Shown: positions 1 through 14,767 of the stretch, one piece after another
Position numbering within the stretch: position 1 is the stretch's first letter
How the letters are laid out: each line of letters begins with the position of its first letter
Origin: Chrysomallon squamiferum
Lineage: Eukaryota > Animalia > Mollusca
Assembly (NCBI GenBank): GCA_012295275.1
Contig: CM022666.1
Coordinates: 4,960,001-5,024,000 of the forward strand
DNA length: 64,000 nt
Reading direction: 5' to 3'
Program-made: the position numbers and the translations under genes
Notes under the pieces: model-generated
What the model saw: the letters and a program-made list of their open reading frames with translations, nothing else
Database searches by the model: none
Told to the model about the DNA's origin: nothing

Positions 1-769
1 ACATCTACATAACTAGATAGACAGTCCGTTCAGTGGACAGCGACCGTTACCCTGGATTTGTTCCAGGATGACTACATTAATTTATTCCGATTATGTGTAA
101 GATGACAAATCCTGGCTGTAAAATTCTACCACGTGATACTCAGACTGTATCATTTCCTTTTGTTGTTATTTTTTGTCGCTTACTTAACACAGGAATAGAA
201 GTCAGCAATACTCTTTATTTAACAATAATGACAAAAGTAATCGTAATAATAATAACAACAACAACTACTATTACTACTACTACTACTACTACTATTAAAA
301 AAACACCAAAAATATAAACATAATAACTTGGCTAATTTTCTTCATAGTATGTTAAATGACTACACATTAACTACGAAACCCACAGCAAATAAATAAATAT
401 AACAGAAAGAAAAAAAAAGAAATTCAAACAAAGCAGATGTCATCATAAGAATATGATACTTTCTGTTCAAAAGCCTATGTATAAAAGTCAATGACGCACG
501 TTGCTTTTTTTTCTCTCACAGGTCAGTATGTAAATATTTTACTTATTTCATACGTTATATAAAATTATAATTTCACTTATTTCATACGTTATATATATTT
601 ATATAAATCTCGCCTTGTCAGGTAAGTATAATGATAGCGATAGAAAATACGGCTTAGTCACATCTGGCAGAATTCCCAGTTCGTCGAAAGGCTAAATGCA
701 TGTCTTTACCTCAGTCATTATAATGAACTGCTCCAGATTATTTGGAAAGCGATTATTATTGTAGAAATA

Positions 770-1393
770 CAGTAACATCTCGCTTAACGATATCCCGCTT
801 TAACGATCTTTCTTCTTTACAAATTATATCAATAGAAATTTAATTTAATAGTTAATTGCTCGAAATAAATGATACAAATGTATACACTGCATGTTTCGTT
901 CGTTTTTCGTTCATTCACGAGCTTCTCTCAGATGTGTTGATCAGTTGACACGTCATACGTGCATCTGATATTCTGATTCTCTTTTCTCTTCTGCTTCGAT
1001 TGAGACTTAAACTCGTTTGTAATTTACCCTTCCAATATGTCAAAACGAATAACAGTATATTGGCGAATGCTGATGATAAAAAGAAACGGAAGACAATAAC
1101 TTGAAACCAAACCCACAATGAGCGGCATATAATTATTCATTAATGTATTTGAATGAACTGATTTGTAAATGATTTACTGTTTACTTAATATCTATAATCT
1201 ATTAAATCATTTATGTCTAAACTGCCGTTTTATTTCTCCTTATTTCACCAATTTTTATGTCAGATTTCATCAGCGAGAAAGTAACCACTGCGTTTAACCT
1301 TAATTCTATGTAAATTAGTCTCCCGCTTAACTATACCTCACTTACCTATCGGAAATTTCGAACCAAATACATCTTCAATGTGAGATATTATTA
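770..1393. mobile_element. Degenerate Tc1/mariner-pogo (Tigger-like) MITE; reverse-oriented fragments at ~9213-9400, ~34805-35075, ~40740-41190, ~45900-46015
   Basis: Starts TA-CAGTAACATCTCGCTTAACGAT and ends in an imperfect inverted copy, ATCTTCAATGTGAGATATTATTA-TA; no coding capacity. Confidence 0.55.
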
Positions 1394-2880
1394 TAGTATC
1401 GATATCGCTTATCATATAAAGTACACAAATATGACAAATATCGAAATAATCTATGTATCGAATGTAGTGAATGTAAATAATTATAAAAGAAGGTATTCAT
1501 CTAAAAGTATTCTCACCCTATAACTATTTCACCCTAAAACTTTCTTTTGTTGCATTTTATATATTTATAAAACAGATGAGTATCAAGTTTAGTATTTCAT
1601 TTTCCTTTAGATACAGTCTGTGTCAAACAAGATTAAAATGTTATTAATACCAAGATAAAGAACCACACACAAATAACATTATTTCAAAAAATAAAAGTAA
1701 AATAATAAATAAAACCACACACACACATACACACACTCACACACACACACTCACACACACACCGTGATCTATTTAAGAATTTTGCCAGGAGTTGTTTTTA
1801 TGATAGAAACTAGACTACGTCAAATACCTGTGATGTAAATGATATGCAGTGTTTTGTATGAGTGTCAAGTTGATGTAATAACTGGTGGCTGACAAAGCGT
1901 TCACGACCCCTGAACAGTAGCAGCGTGAATGAAGCAGACAGAGAAATGAGATCACACGTTAGATAAACATTTCACAGACAGCGAGGTCACGTTACCTGTA
2001 CATTTTTCCGTGACTTTCCAAACAGCTGTTTATAAACACTGCACGGGTACTTTTAAGTTTGTGATATGTACATGGTTATATAACAGCAATATTTAACTTA
2101 CTGTCTATGAAGTATACAAATTATCCTTCATAAAATAAAAATTAAATCATGTCACTGACTGGTGTATAAGTGAAAAATGAGTCGAAAAATATGTTCATTA
2201 ATTTTACTTGATAATAAAAAAGAAAAGAGGAAAAAAACAAAATGATAAATGCAGAAGAAGACATTTGTACTACATTTAAAGTAACAATCCAAGTAATAAA
2301 AATTATGAACAGGTGACCAGAGGCAAACATACTAATTAAAATGATGATGCTGATGAAAAAATTAATAAATTAGTAGAAGCATTAGCAGCAGCACTAATAT
2401 AAATAGTAGGAGTAGTAGAAAGAATAATACTAGTAATCATGATTATATAGTAATAATATAGCAGTAGTAATAATGATGAAGATGATTGTGGTAATAAAGT
2501 TAATGATAATTATGATAGTCATAATAAAATTAATAATGATGATGATGATAATAGTGATAATAAAATTAATAATCATAATATTTACGATTCTGAAATGCTT
2601 CTAAAAAGAAAATTCTTATTGTGATAAAACAAAAAAATGCTTTAAATAGATTGTTTATTATGCAAAATTGTACATCAAATTTTAAGTTTATATATATTTA
2701 TTTTACTCTGACCATTTCAATGCATGAGTACATACTGTATAAAGAAAATCCTTTTTAACTGGATCATCCACTTAACTTGTATTATTCATTCTAAACTAAT
2801 CAGTGAACATTTAACTTTCATCAGTCAATTTATATAGAAAACCAGTAATATTTAAATATTTATTCACTGAATACAGCGCA

Positions 2881-3078
<198 letters not shown>

Positions 3079-3394
3079 ACTTCTATACTGAGCATCAAAA
3101 AGGGATGATAGGAAGCAAGGCTGTTTTGATCTGGAGATTTAAAGAAAAAAGAAAGTTAATGTGATAACTGGTGTCCAAGTGTTCAGTTGACAGGCCGGAC
3201 TAAATTCCTCGCGACCCCTGAACTACAGTGTTACTTCTGTTCACGTGTTCGGTAAGTGATACTAACCTATATATAATAGTACTATCACGTGACTGGAATT
3301 CTACTTATTCAACATACTAGGTAAAAATAATTAAGTTAGGTAAACGTGAATTGTGGTACATCTACAAAGTCATTTTATACACTCGTACATACTA

Positions 3395-3561
3395 TTACAC
3401 AGAGTCAAACAACAATTTTATTTCTCTGTTCAGAAATTCGTTTAATGTTACAGATACAATGAAACTGATCAGTATCAAGTTTAGTACCATAAGAGAAATG
3501 GCAATGACAGCAAGAACTGATTTCATTTTGTGTAACAATTTTTAATTCCTTTAGAAGTAAT
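3395..3561 (-). pseudogene. Truncated TNF exon 1 copy, inverted (MKSVLAVIAISLMVLNLILISFIVSVTLNEFLNREIKLLFDSV*)
   Basis: Reverse complement matches the exon 1 TM region; broken after LLFD, so the Cys-rich stalk is absent. Confidence 0.8.
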
Positions 3562-3756
3562 CTGTAAAACACGACCAAAAGAAAAAAAATGTTATTAGTA
3601 ATAAATAATAACAAGATAAATACACACACACACGCACACGTACACAGACACAACACACACACACCTATATAAAACATTATTTCAGCAATCCAAAAGTATA
3701 CACTTGTACATACACACAAATATAAAAGTTTCAAACAATGGTTATAACAAATAAAC

Positions 3757-3920
3757 AGTGTTGTCAGCTGCTGCTGGTGTAGTTGCAGTGCACGTTCATG
3801 ACGTTCTAAATACGCTGCCATCCAGCTCTGGTACAAAGGAAGTTTCACTGTGTTTATTTGTTCTGCATGAGAAACAAGTCGACTGTTGATCATTTCAGCT
3901 TGGAGATCTATGAATCCGTT
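3757..3920 (-). pseudogene. Gene X exon fragment (NGFIDLQAEMINSRLV...QQQLTT), inverted
   Basis: Reverse complement of the exon at 37949; fused directly to the TNF intron upstream of the inverted exon 1 copy. Confidence 0.7.
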
Positions 3921-4044
3921 CTGAAGTTTAAAAAAATATATATTCAGATACACTGTATATTCTACATCACAGGATGTCAATTTTATAATATCATACACTG
4001 AATACATTGTATTTGGTAATACTGAATCTTTAATGTTACATCCT

Positions 4045-4244
4045 NNNNNNNNNNNNNNNNNNNNNNNNNNNNNNNNNNNNNNNNNNNNNNNNNNNNNNNN
4101 NNNNNNNNNNNNNNNNNNNNNNNNNNNNNNNNNNNNNNNNNNNNNNNNNNNNNNNNNNNNNNNNNNNNNNNNNNNNNNNNNNNNNNNNNNNNNNNNNNNN
4201 NNNNNNNNNNNNNNNNNNNNNNNNNNNNNNNNNNNNNNNNNNNN
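4045..4244. other. Assembly gap (200 N)
   Basis: Run of N. Confidence 1.
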
Positions 4245-6063
4245 TCACTACGATGTTTTGACAATCCCACACACCACTCTTTTCTTTATATGTTTTTCCT
4301 TGGGATTGGCAGTGGATGACTTACAGCGCATTCTCGAATGTGAAAAAGTTCGTGAGTGAAAAATCTCAGCATGTGATAGTAGTATTATATCAATTAGTAA
4401 AATGTATCGAACACGTGAACAGAACCAACTCTATACATTAGAGGCAACAATAACAACAACCACAACATCAGATTTATTTATTTATAACAATGATAATGCA
4501 TTCGTAATTTCTCGATCTGTCTATTAGTAATACGGGTGACATAACTTTATCAACTTAATAACAGAATATACTTGAGATAATAATAAATAATTTTATTTAA
4601 TTTAATTTTATAAAATATATGTAATATATGGCTTTGTGTCTATACAGTGTCGACAGCTCCAATATGGAAAAGAACAAAACTTTCTTACTGACTTCGTGCT
4701 AAAGAATAATAAGCTAAAATTATCTGTGAGTATTCAAAGCCTGACAAACATAAAAAATCCCTTCACTGGTAATATCGATGAATTGAGCAAACATCTGCTA
4801 TAAACTTTATTTATTTATTAATTTATTTATTTATTTATTTAATTATTTGTTGATTTGTTTCTTTATTTTTATTTGTTTATTTGTTTCTTTATTTTTATTT
4901 GTTTATGTTACTGTATTTGTTTTATTTCATTTCATTTTATTATTATTTTTTGTTAATTAATTTATTTATTTCACTTTACTTTTTATCACTTTTTATGTAT
5001 TTTACGGTATTTTACTTTATTTCTTTATTTAACTAAACAATTAATATTTCATATTTCTTTGTGTTTTAAACTGAATTTTAATTTTTCTATATTTTTCGTT
5101 TTATAAAATAAAAGCTATTACCTTGCAAATGAACCCACCTAGCTAGACATTAAAAAAAAAAAAAGGGTATTCGTGTTCATTTTCATTTTCAACAACAGTA
5201 ACAACAACAACAACAACAACAAATTTATTTAATAATAATAATGGATTCAAACTTTGTAAATCCGTCTATTAGTAATTCGGCTGACGTAAGATCCATTTAT
5301 AGCCCAGTTGAGGAATAAAATGAGAATTTATTTCACCTCTGAAATGTTCTTTGGAGGAAAAAACAAAGCTGTACATAGCGATAATGTATACTTATTCAAA
5401 AACACTGGCAAGTAGTCAAAGAAACCTATTAGACTATCAAACTTATTTTAAATAATATGTATGTGTGTGTGTCTGGGTATGGATGCGTATGTATGTGTGT
5501 GAGTGTGTGTGAGTGTGTGTGTGTGTGTGTGTGTAAATTTCGTGGTATCAGATAGCAAGGTTTTCATCAGGAGGATTATCTGTTCCAGTACACATCGCTG
5601 TGCTGTCATATTGGATTTCAGTGGTGAGTATTTGTATACAGTGGTTTACTAAGCATCCGTGAAATTTGATAAATCAAACTTGGCATTTTCAAAAGAGAGA
5701 CCTTTGCTTTTTTTCTTCTTTTTTTTGACATCGCATAGGTTCATCATCAATGTAAATATATCTTGGTATTATTTATTTTACTTTTTTTTTTTTTGTAAGA
5801 ATATTACATAGAACTATATGTACGTGTGTATATTTTGTGTGAGTTTGTCTTGGTAATATTTATTATTTTATTTATTGATATAACCATTGTTTGAAACTTT
5901 TATATTTGTGTGTATGTACAAGTGTATATTTTTGGATTGCTGAAATAATGTTTTATATAGGTGTGTGTGTGTTGTGTCTGTGTACGTGTGCGTGTGTGTG
6001 TGTATTTATCTTGTTATTATTTATTACTAATAACATTTTTTTTCTTTTGGTCGTGTTTTACAG

Positions 6064-6230
6064 ATTACTTCTAAAGGAATTAAAAATTGTTACACAAAAT
6101 GAAATCAGTTCTTGCTGTCATTGCCATTTCTCTTATGGTACTAAACTTGATACTGATCAGTTTCATTGTATCTGTAACATTAAACGAATTTCTGAACAGA
6201 GAAATAAAATTGTTGTTTGACTCTGTGTAA
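6064..6230 (+). pseudogene. Truncated TNF exon 1 copy (43-aa TM peptide ORF at 6099..6230)
   Basis: Acceptor tttacag intact; homologous to exon 1 up to LLFD, then a deletion junction and TAA. Confidence 0.8.
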
Positions 6231-6547
6231 TAGTTTGTACGTGTGTATAAAATGACTTTGTAGATGTACCACAATTCACGTTTACCTAACTTAATTATTT
6301 TTACCCAGTAAGTTGAATAAGTAGAATTCTAGTCACGTGATAGTACTATTATATATCGGTTAGTATCACTTACAGAACACGTGAACAGAAGTGACGCTGT
6401 AGTTCAGGGGTACGCGAGGAATTTAGTCCAGCCTGTCAACTGAACACTTGGACACCAATTATTACATTAACTTTCTTTTTTCTTTAAATCTCCAGATCAA
6501 AACAGCCTTGCTTCCTAGCATCCCTTTTTGATGCTCAGTATAGAAGT

Positions 6548-6687
<140 letters not shown>

Positions 6688-8054
6688 TGCGCTGTATTCA
6701 GTGAATAAATATTTAAATATTACTGGTTTTCTATATAAATTGACTGATGAAAGTTAAATGTTCACTGATTAGTTTAGAATGAATAATACAAGTTAAGTGG
6801 ATGATCCAGTTAAAAAAGGATTTTCTTTATACAGTGTGTACTCATGCATTGAAATGGTCATAGTAATAAATATATATAAATTTGATGTACAATTTTCATA
6901 ATAAGCAATCTATTTAAAGCATTTTTTTGTCTTATAACAATAAGAATTTTGTTTTTAGAAGCATTTCAGAATCGTAAAGATTATGATTATTAATTTTATT
7001 ATCACTATTATCACTATCATCATTATTAATTTTATTATGACTATCATAATTATCATTAACTTTATTACCACTATCATCTTCATCATTATTACTACTGCTA
7101 TATTATTACTATATAATCATGATTACTAGTATTATTCTTTCTACTACTCCTACTATTTATATTAGTGCTGCTGCTAATGCTTCTACTAATTTATTAATTT
7201 TTTCATCAGCATCATCATTTTAATTAGTATGTTTGCCTCTGGTCACATGTTCATAATTTTTATTACTTGGATAGTTACTTTAAATGTAGTACAAATGTCT
7301 TCTTCTGCATTTATCATTTAGTTCTTTTCCTTCTTTTCTTTTTTAAATATCAAGTAAAATTAATGAACATATTTTTCGACTCATTTTTCACTTATACACC
7401 AGTCAGTGACATGATTTAATTTTTATTTTATGAAGGATAATTTGTGTACTTTATAGACAGTAAGTTAAATATTGCTGTTATATAACCGTGTTCATATCAC
7501 ATACTTAAAAGTACCCGTGCAGTGTTTATAAATAGCTGTTTGCAAAGTCCCGGAAAAATGTACAGGTAACGTGACGTCACTGTCTGTGAAATTTTTATCT
7601 AACGTGTGATATCATTTCTCTGTCTGCTTCATTCACGCTACTACTGTTCAGGGGTCGGCAACTCTTGGTCAGACACCAGTTATTACATTAACTTGACTCT
7701 CCTCCAAAACACTGCATATCATTTACATCACATGTACTTGACGTAGTCTAGTTTCTATCATAAAAACAACTGATGGCAAAATTCTTAAATAGATCACTGT
7801 GTGAACACCTGGACACCAGTTATTACATTAACTTGGCAGTTCTCCAAAAGAACGCACATCTGCAAGTTTCCCGACTTGTGTTATACTGCATAGGGAATTT
7901 GAAATCAGATAATACAGATATTCTGAATGAACGTTTTGGTTCATTTATTTCGGATTAGACTGTTGAAGAGTAATTGAATAGATTACATGTACTTGACGTA
8001 GTCTAGATTCTAGCATAGAAAACAACTCAGGGCAACATTCTTAAATAGATCACT

Positions 8055-8110
<56 letters not shown>

Positions 8111-8675
8111 GTGCGCGCGCGCGGTTGCGTGCGCTAATAATGTGTGACTTAATTGTATTTTTAATTTTGTTTGTTTATTATTGTTGTTTTCTTGGTTTTT
8201 TTTTAATTGTTGTTTTTTGAGGGTTTTTTCCACCTGAACTCTGAACGACAACAGCAATGTTAATATTAACAACAACAAGAACTACAACAGTAACAACCAG
8301 AAATAAATGCACGTAGTTTATTTTGAACATGGTGCAACTTTTAATTTTTAATTTTGTTTACATTTTTGATTCTAAGCATGTCATCCTCTCGATAAGGTTA
8401 TATTTTCTCACAGTCATTCAAAATGTGATTTTTGAAGGACAACGCGTCATCGGAAAAAAACCCAGTTTATGAGAAACTTAATTTTGTGTTTGTTTTCAAT
8501 TCAATATTATTATCTTCTAAAGTGCAGCTGTCTCTAACACATAATACAAAAATCATTTCGGCAATAATCATTTCGGTAAAAGGCAATATATATTTCTAAA
8601 AGATATGTAATTATTTTCCTATAGTCTTATTTTAATTGTTTGAAAAAGTATTCTGTTGTTTGTATAGTATCTGTT

Positions 8676-8782
<107 letters not shown>

Positions 8783-8864
8783 TTTTTATTTATTATTTTT
8801 TGAAAGAATGTTATTTATGTGTTTGTTTTTATTTTGATATTAATAACATTTTTATCATGTTTGA

Positions 8865-9207
8865 CACAGACTGTATCTAAAGGAAAATGAAGTACTGATC
8901 TTGATACGTATCAGTTTTATAAATACATTAAATGCAACAAAAGAAAAACAACAAAAAATAAGTTTTATAAAGAAATAGGTAAATTCTATATAAAAATATT
9001 AAATAGTTAAGTTCATTACAAACGAAATTAAGAAAAAATATCCATATGCGTTTAATAATATTTAAATTATGAAAAGGAGAAATTCATTATGTTGAAAAAT
9101 ATTTATAAATTTAAACTTGATTATAATAGACGAGTTTCAAACTGGTTATTAACATTCTTTTTAGAAACTGAGTGAAAGTCACACAAAAACTGAGAAATGT
9201 GGTAAGT
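8865..9207 (+). pseudogene. Heavily deleted TNF exon 1 remnant, intron 1 and micro-exon 2 (9165..9201)
   Basis: acagactgtatctaaagg...gtact.a.cttgatac remnant followed by ttctttttag-aaactgagtgaaagtc...g-gtaagt. Confidence 0.7.
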
Positions 9208-9918
9208 TAACAGTGGTTCCAAATTTGCGATCGTTAAGTTAGGTATCGGGAGACTGAGAGAAGCTTTAGCGCGTGACTGAATGAAAAACGGACTTAAACA
9301 CATGCATTGTACCCGTTTGTACCATTTATTTCGAGCAACTAACTATTAAATTTTTATTTATATAATTTGTAAAAAAGAAAAGATCGGGAAAGCGGGATAT
9401 TTTTTTTATTATATATTTATAATTTATCGAGGAATTGAGCAAAAAAGGTGAAGAAGTTTATGCATGAATTGAGGGAATATCTGCTATAAATTTTATTTAT
9501 TTATTGATTTATTTAATTATTTGTTTGTTTGTTTGTTTATTTTCATTAGTTTATTTTACTGTATTTCTTTTATTTCATTTCATTTTATGACTTTTTTCTT
9601 TTAATTAATTTATTTATTTCACTTTAAAAAGATATTTGTGTTCATTTTCATTTTCAACAAAAGTAACAACAACAACAACAACAACAAATTTATTTAATAA
9701 TAATAATGTATTCAAACTTTGTGAATCCGTCTATTAGTAATTCGGCTGACGTAACATCCATTTATAGCCCAGCTGAGGAATAAAATGAGTATTTATTACT
9801 TCTCGGAACTCTTCTTGAGAGGAAAAAACAAAGCTTAACATAGTGATAATATGTTGTATTTAAAAACACTGGCAAATATTCAAAGAATCCTATTAGAGTA
9901 TCAAACATATTTTAAATA

Positions 9919-9992
<74 letters not shown>

Positions 9993-10121
9993 TTAACAAA
10001 TTTAATTGAAAAAAATGTATAATCTCTATTTATATGGACGAAAATAACTAACTAGCAACAACAACAACAACAACAGTAATAAATAAACAAATAAATAAAT
10101 GAATCAGTCAATAAATCAATA

Positions 10122-10156
<35 letters not shown>

Positions 10157-11919
10157 TAATAATAATAATAATTAATTAATTAATTATAATAACGGTTATT
10201 ATGATGGTTTTAAGCGTAAGATGGTGAATCTAAGCTGCTCAACTTCAACAGAATAGAGTTGAGATAATAATAAACATTTTTATTTAATTGAACAATTTTT
10301 TTATATTTGTAAATTGTATGTAATATATTTGTATGAGTTTATAGAGTGTCACAGCTTTTCAGGTAGTCAACACCAACGTAGGAAGCAACACAAAGTTTTT
10401 GGTATCCTCGTACTAAAGAATAATATGCTAAAATTATCTGTGAGTATTCAAAGCCTGACAAACATAAAAAAGAAACCCTTCACTGGTAATATCTATTAAA
10501 CAAAAGTATGAACACATGCATAATCTAATAAGAAAGCATATATATGTATACACCCTTTATTGTACACTAGAACACAACAAACACAAGACACCTTTAAAAC
10601 TGTAATCAGTATAGCAGTAAACAATAATATAGATGGATAGAATAATTGTAATCGATCACAACAATCACATACGGGTTTAATACAGAAGAGCAAACATATA
10701 CATAACTAGTTACAATTTTTAATTATGAAATACATTAGCAATGAAGGATACATTAAACACATTTTGTTAATGTTCTTTGATTTCAGTGTTGATGGTTTAG
10801 TCTGATGTTCCACTCGATATCACGAAGAAATTCTGTCGCAGCATACACGAACCCTTCATAACAGATTTTGATATCACCCTTATTGCTATGAATAACTTCC
10901 TTATTAAACATACTTCTGACACTAGAGTAAGCTGGAGAATATATAGTGAAACACATTTTAACATGGAACATTTTATAAATCATTTACTATAGGAAGCTCT
11001 TAGTTTAAATCTATTCTAATCAGTAAGCTGGACCCAAGCATCACCCCTGCACAATATGAAGACTCTTTCTTTAATCCTGCCTAATTAATAAGTGTAACAA
11101 GTCACCACCCCTGCACAATATGAAGACTCTTTCTTTAATCTAACCTAATTGACCTAATCAGTAAGCTTAACAATTACCCCATGTAGACTATGAAGCCACA
11201 TTCAATACTCTATAAATTCATATATTTTTTTAATATAAAAATTGTGACTTTTTTAGTTTGCAAGCAGAAGATTCTTCAGTCACAGGGGGATATTTCTGAG
11301 ACATTTTATATTCCTGGCCCTCTAATAATGGATGACTTCAATTTTTTACTTATTTATTTACTTATTTATTTATTTATTTATGGTTTGTTTCTTTGTTTGT
11401 TTATTTTTATTTTACTCTATTTATTTTACCTTATTTTATCTTACTATAATTTTATTTCATTTATTTTATTGTTTTAATTAATTAATTTATTTTTATATAT
11501 GTTATTGTATTTATTTATTTATTTCACTTTACTTTCATCATTTTGTATTTATATTTTATTTTTTTTTACTTTTTTATTTTTTATTGATTAAATTTTAATT
11601 CACCATATTTTCATTTATTTATTCATTTTACTTTACCCGTTACAATTTCTTATTCTTATTTATTTTAATTCAAAAAATTATTTTCATTTATTTTCATTTA
11701 TTTTATTGTATTTTATTTTTTTTATTTTTTTATTTTTTTTTTTATTTTTTTATTCGGCAGACTGAATCAACAGTCATGATACAAGCAACATTTACAAACA
11801 GAAGATTCTTCTGTCACAGGCAGATATTTCAGAGACATTTTATATTCCTGGCCCTGTCATAATAAATGGATGACTACACTTATTTATCCCGATTACGTGT
11901 AAGATGACAAATCCGGGCT

Positions 11920-12576
11920 GGAACTTTCCTCTGTGTGATACACAGACTACATGTTCTCCTTTTGTTGTTTATGGTTTAGTTGAAACAGGACTAGAAGTTA
12001 CGCTGTACTCTTTATTTAACAATAACGACAAAAGCAGTCGTAATAATAATAACATACACAACAACAACAACTATTACTATTATAACAATAACAACTATTG
12101 TATGTAATTTATTTACGAACAATATGCATAAACTATAAATTTAATAGCTTTGCTCATTTTATTACGTTGACTACGAAATATATAGCAAATAATTAAATAC
12201 GACAGAAGGGAAAACAAATTAACCAATAAATTCAAAGAAAGCAGACGACACTTCCTCTTAGCCAATCAAAATACATCGCGTGAGCAGGTAGAGAATACGA
12301 TACGATCTTTTTCTTCAAGTATAAAAATCAACGACGCCTGCCAGAGACCTGTGAGAAAGCCAGCCCGCCGAAGACGTGTTTCACAACAGCTTACTCTGAT
12401 CAGCACGTTAATTTTATTTCATTCGTTAATTCAGTCAGAGACCTGTGAGATAGCGTGCCCGTCGTACACGTGCTTCACAACAGCTTACTCTGAATAGCAC
12501 GTTATTTTGTTTTCCACTTCACGGCAGAGAGAGCGTACTTGGCGCTGAAGTGCCTGATTTCATCATTTAGGTATGT
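11920..12576 (+). promoter_or_regulatory. Putative TNF promoter and first non-coding exon: kappaB-like GGAACTTTCC 11920, CCAAT 12262, TATAAAA 12320, donor ttag|gtatgt after 12570
   Basis: Ordered motif set with conserved spacing in paralogous copies, upstream of gene A. Confidence 0.5.
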
Positions 12577-12844
12577 AAAATGTTTCACTTATTTCATAGG
12601 TTATATATATTTATATAAAACAATAATTTCACTTAATTCATAGGTTATATTTAATTATATAAAATTATAATTTCACTTATTTCATAGGTTATATATATTT
12701 ATATAAAACAATAATTTCACTTATTTCATAGGTTATATTTAATTATATAAAATTATAATTTCACTTACAATTTCACTATTTCATTTGTATAATATTATGT
12801 GATATTACACCAACTTGAAAAAACTGAATATCGCGGTTAAGAAA

Positions 12845-14510
12845 GTCACGGAATTCAAATTTGTTACTTCAGTCAGAGCTCCGCTCCTTTTATTTTTTTT
12901 TTTTTTTTTTTTTTTAAGCGATGAATTCAGATTGCGTAACTTTAATTATTACTACAATCACATCCGCTCCTTTTATTGTTTCCGCTAATTTTTCAACTCC
13001 ATGGCGTTGTTATAAAAAGAGCTGCATTTTTGTAATGCAGATCGTTTAAAACAATAAAAAGACCATTGGCAAAAAAAAAAAAAAAAGGTTTGGACCACGT
13101 GGACCAGAAGGAAGCAGCCAAAAAGAAACAACGACAGCAGCCAAGAGCAGAACAACCAGGACGGCAAACAACACGGACCCGGTGATGGCTGAGAGATTGT
13201 GCCGGACATCACGGGGGGCGAATTGCGGCTGCGAAAGATCGGTACCGACTCGTCACGATCCGATATGATGGACACTCCCTTGTGTCCTGCAATCGTGGCG
13301 AGAATCCATTCTTTTCCCTACCCAAAACTCTTTTCTGCGACGGACGCGCCCGCTGACCTGTCAGAAGGCGTGCCCGTCGCAGACGTGCTTCACAATAGCT
13401 AGCTCTGATTAGCACGTTAATATTTTTTCGTACGTTCGTTCGGTAATTAAAGTACTGCTGACGTGTCAGAAAGCGTGCCTGTCGTAGACGTGCTTGCTCT
13501 GATTACCACGTTAATTTGATTCAAGGTTTCAGGTTCAAAGGTAATTAAAGAGAGACGTAAGCGAAGAAAACAGTCAAGACGAAATATCAGTCAGGCGGGG
13601 AAACCAATATTTTGTCTTCTTTCCCCGTATGACCGTACTCGTATCATTAATAAAAATTACTTAAACGTATGTTTTATGATTGTTTAATGTATTATTATCA
13701 AGTCACCTGTATATCATAATGAAATAATTAACGTGAATCGTAACTACTGTTGTGTTTATTTCTCTAGTGAGTAGATAGACTTATTGATTTATATAGATTG
13801 CTGTCAATTTAGCGTTTATATTCTTTGTTAGGTGGCCAGTAAAACACATTGTTACCCTAGACTGAGTCATAATAAAACATACAAGGTGTTTAAAGATGTG
13901 AGCCACGTGACAGCAACATAAAAGTTGGGGCTCTCGTCCGGGATTTTTCAAATAATTAATTTTGGGGTTCGTTTTCTAAAATTCTTATGGAATTATTTCT
14001 TTAGATGTATTGAGTATTTTCTCAGTTTAATGACAGCTAATTTATGTGTATATCCACTTGAGAAAATACAACACAACAAAATAATAACGATATTAAAATA
14101 AATAAGTCAAAACTGAGAAATTATTATGGATTAAGATACATTGAACAATCCTAGTGTAACGTTTATCAAAAGAGCCAAGAGGGCTGAGTTATTAGAATTG
14201 CAAATATTCATAACAAACATTTCAACTGCCCAGTCAAACAAGATAGAGCAAACCAGAGAAATTTTAACAGAGGCTTTGTTTGGCGATTCTGTAGATAACT
14301 AGAGTAGGGGGAGTAACTCCGAGTGTGGCAGAATCAGTGCAATTAGAGGAAGGGAAATTAGCCTTCCAACATGCATTAGAGCTTAAAAAACTAGAGTATG
14401 AAAGTGACAGAGAAAAAAGAAAAGAAAACGAAAGACAGAGACACAGAGACAGAGAGAGAAACAGAGAGAGAGAGAGAAAACTTAAGAAACAGAAAGAGAG
14501 AGTGGTATAA
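12845..14510 (+). mobile_element. Ty3/Gypsy-like LTR retrotransposon 5' remnant: LTR (~12845..13918), PBS tRNA-Pro-like (13926..13944), degenerate gag start (14126..14510)
   Basis: TGGGGCTCTCGTCCGGGAT resembles canonical PBS-Pro (TGGGGGCTCGTCCGGGAT). AATAAA and CA ends lie just upstream. The downstream frame with stops reads NNPSVTFIKRAKRAELLEL...ALELKKLEYESDREKRKENERQR (gag-like coiled coil). The LTR 5' boundary is approximate. Confidence 0.7.
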
Positions 14511-14730
14511 TAAGGAACATTCGTCTTTATTTTTACATGTGTATCTAAGGCGTACATGAACATTAACGACCTAGTTCATTCTAAATGTCTTTACCCTGTA
14601 TCCCTCTGTGTAAATCTGCTTTCAGTCCCACAAACTCTTTATTTCGAATTCATTGTGCTGAAACATATTTATTAATTTAAACGTGATTATTATGGACGAG
14701 TTTCAAAGTCGTTATCAAAATTCTTTTTAG

Positions 14731-14767
14731 AAACAGAGTGAAAGTCAGACAAAAGCCGGGAAAAGTG
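14731..14767 (+). pseudogene. TNF micro-exon 2 copy with lost donor
   Basis: ttctttttag aaacagagtgaaagtcagacaaaagccgggaaaagtg, followed by ttacgt instead of gtaagt. Confidence 0.7.

Noticed and set aside
3405-4007. 200-aa minus-strand ORF, the longest in the track
   Set aside because: Chance read-through of intron, a gene X exon fragment, TG-rich intron and an off-frame TNF exon 1; not a coherent protein.
11904-12107. Recurrent MTNPGWN... short ORFs (also at 93, 14921, 43019, 47675)
   Set aside because: They lie in the duplicated upstream promoter module, end in AAC/TAC repeats, and differ in frame between copies; recurrence reflects duplication, not coding constraint.
13199-13415. GC-rich ORFs inside the LTR region
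   Set aside because: Short, with no domain signature, and deleted in the paralogous copy at ~15770.
13926-13944. tRNA-like sequence
   Set aside because: Only an 18-19-nt complement to a tRNA-Pro 3' end (a primer-binding site), not a tRNA gene; no tRNA or rRNA genes were recognised in the window.
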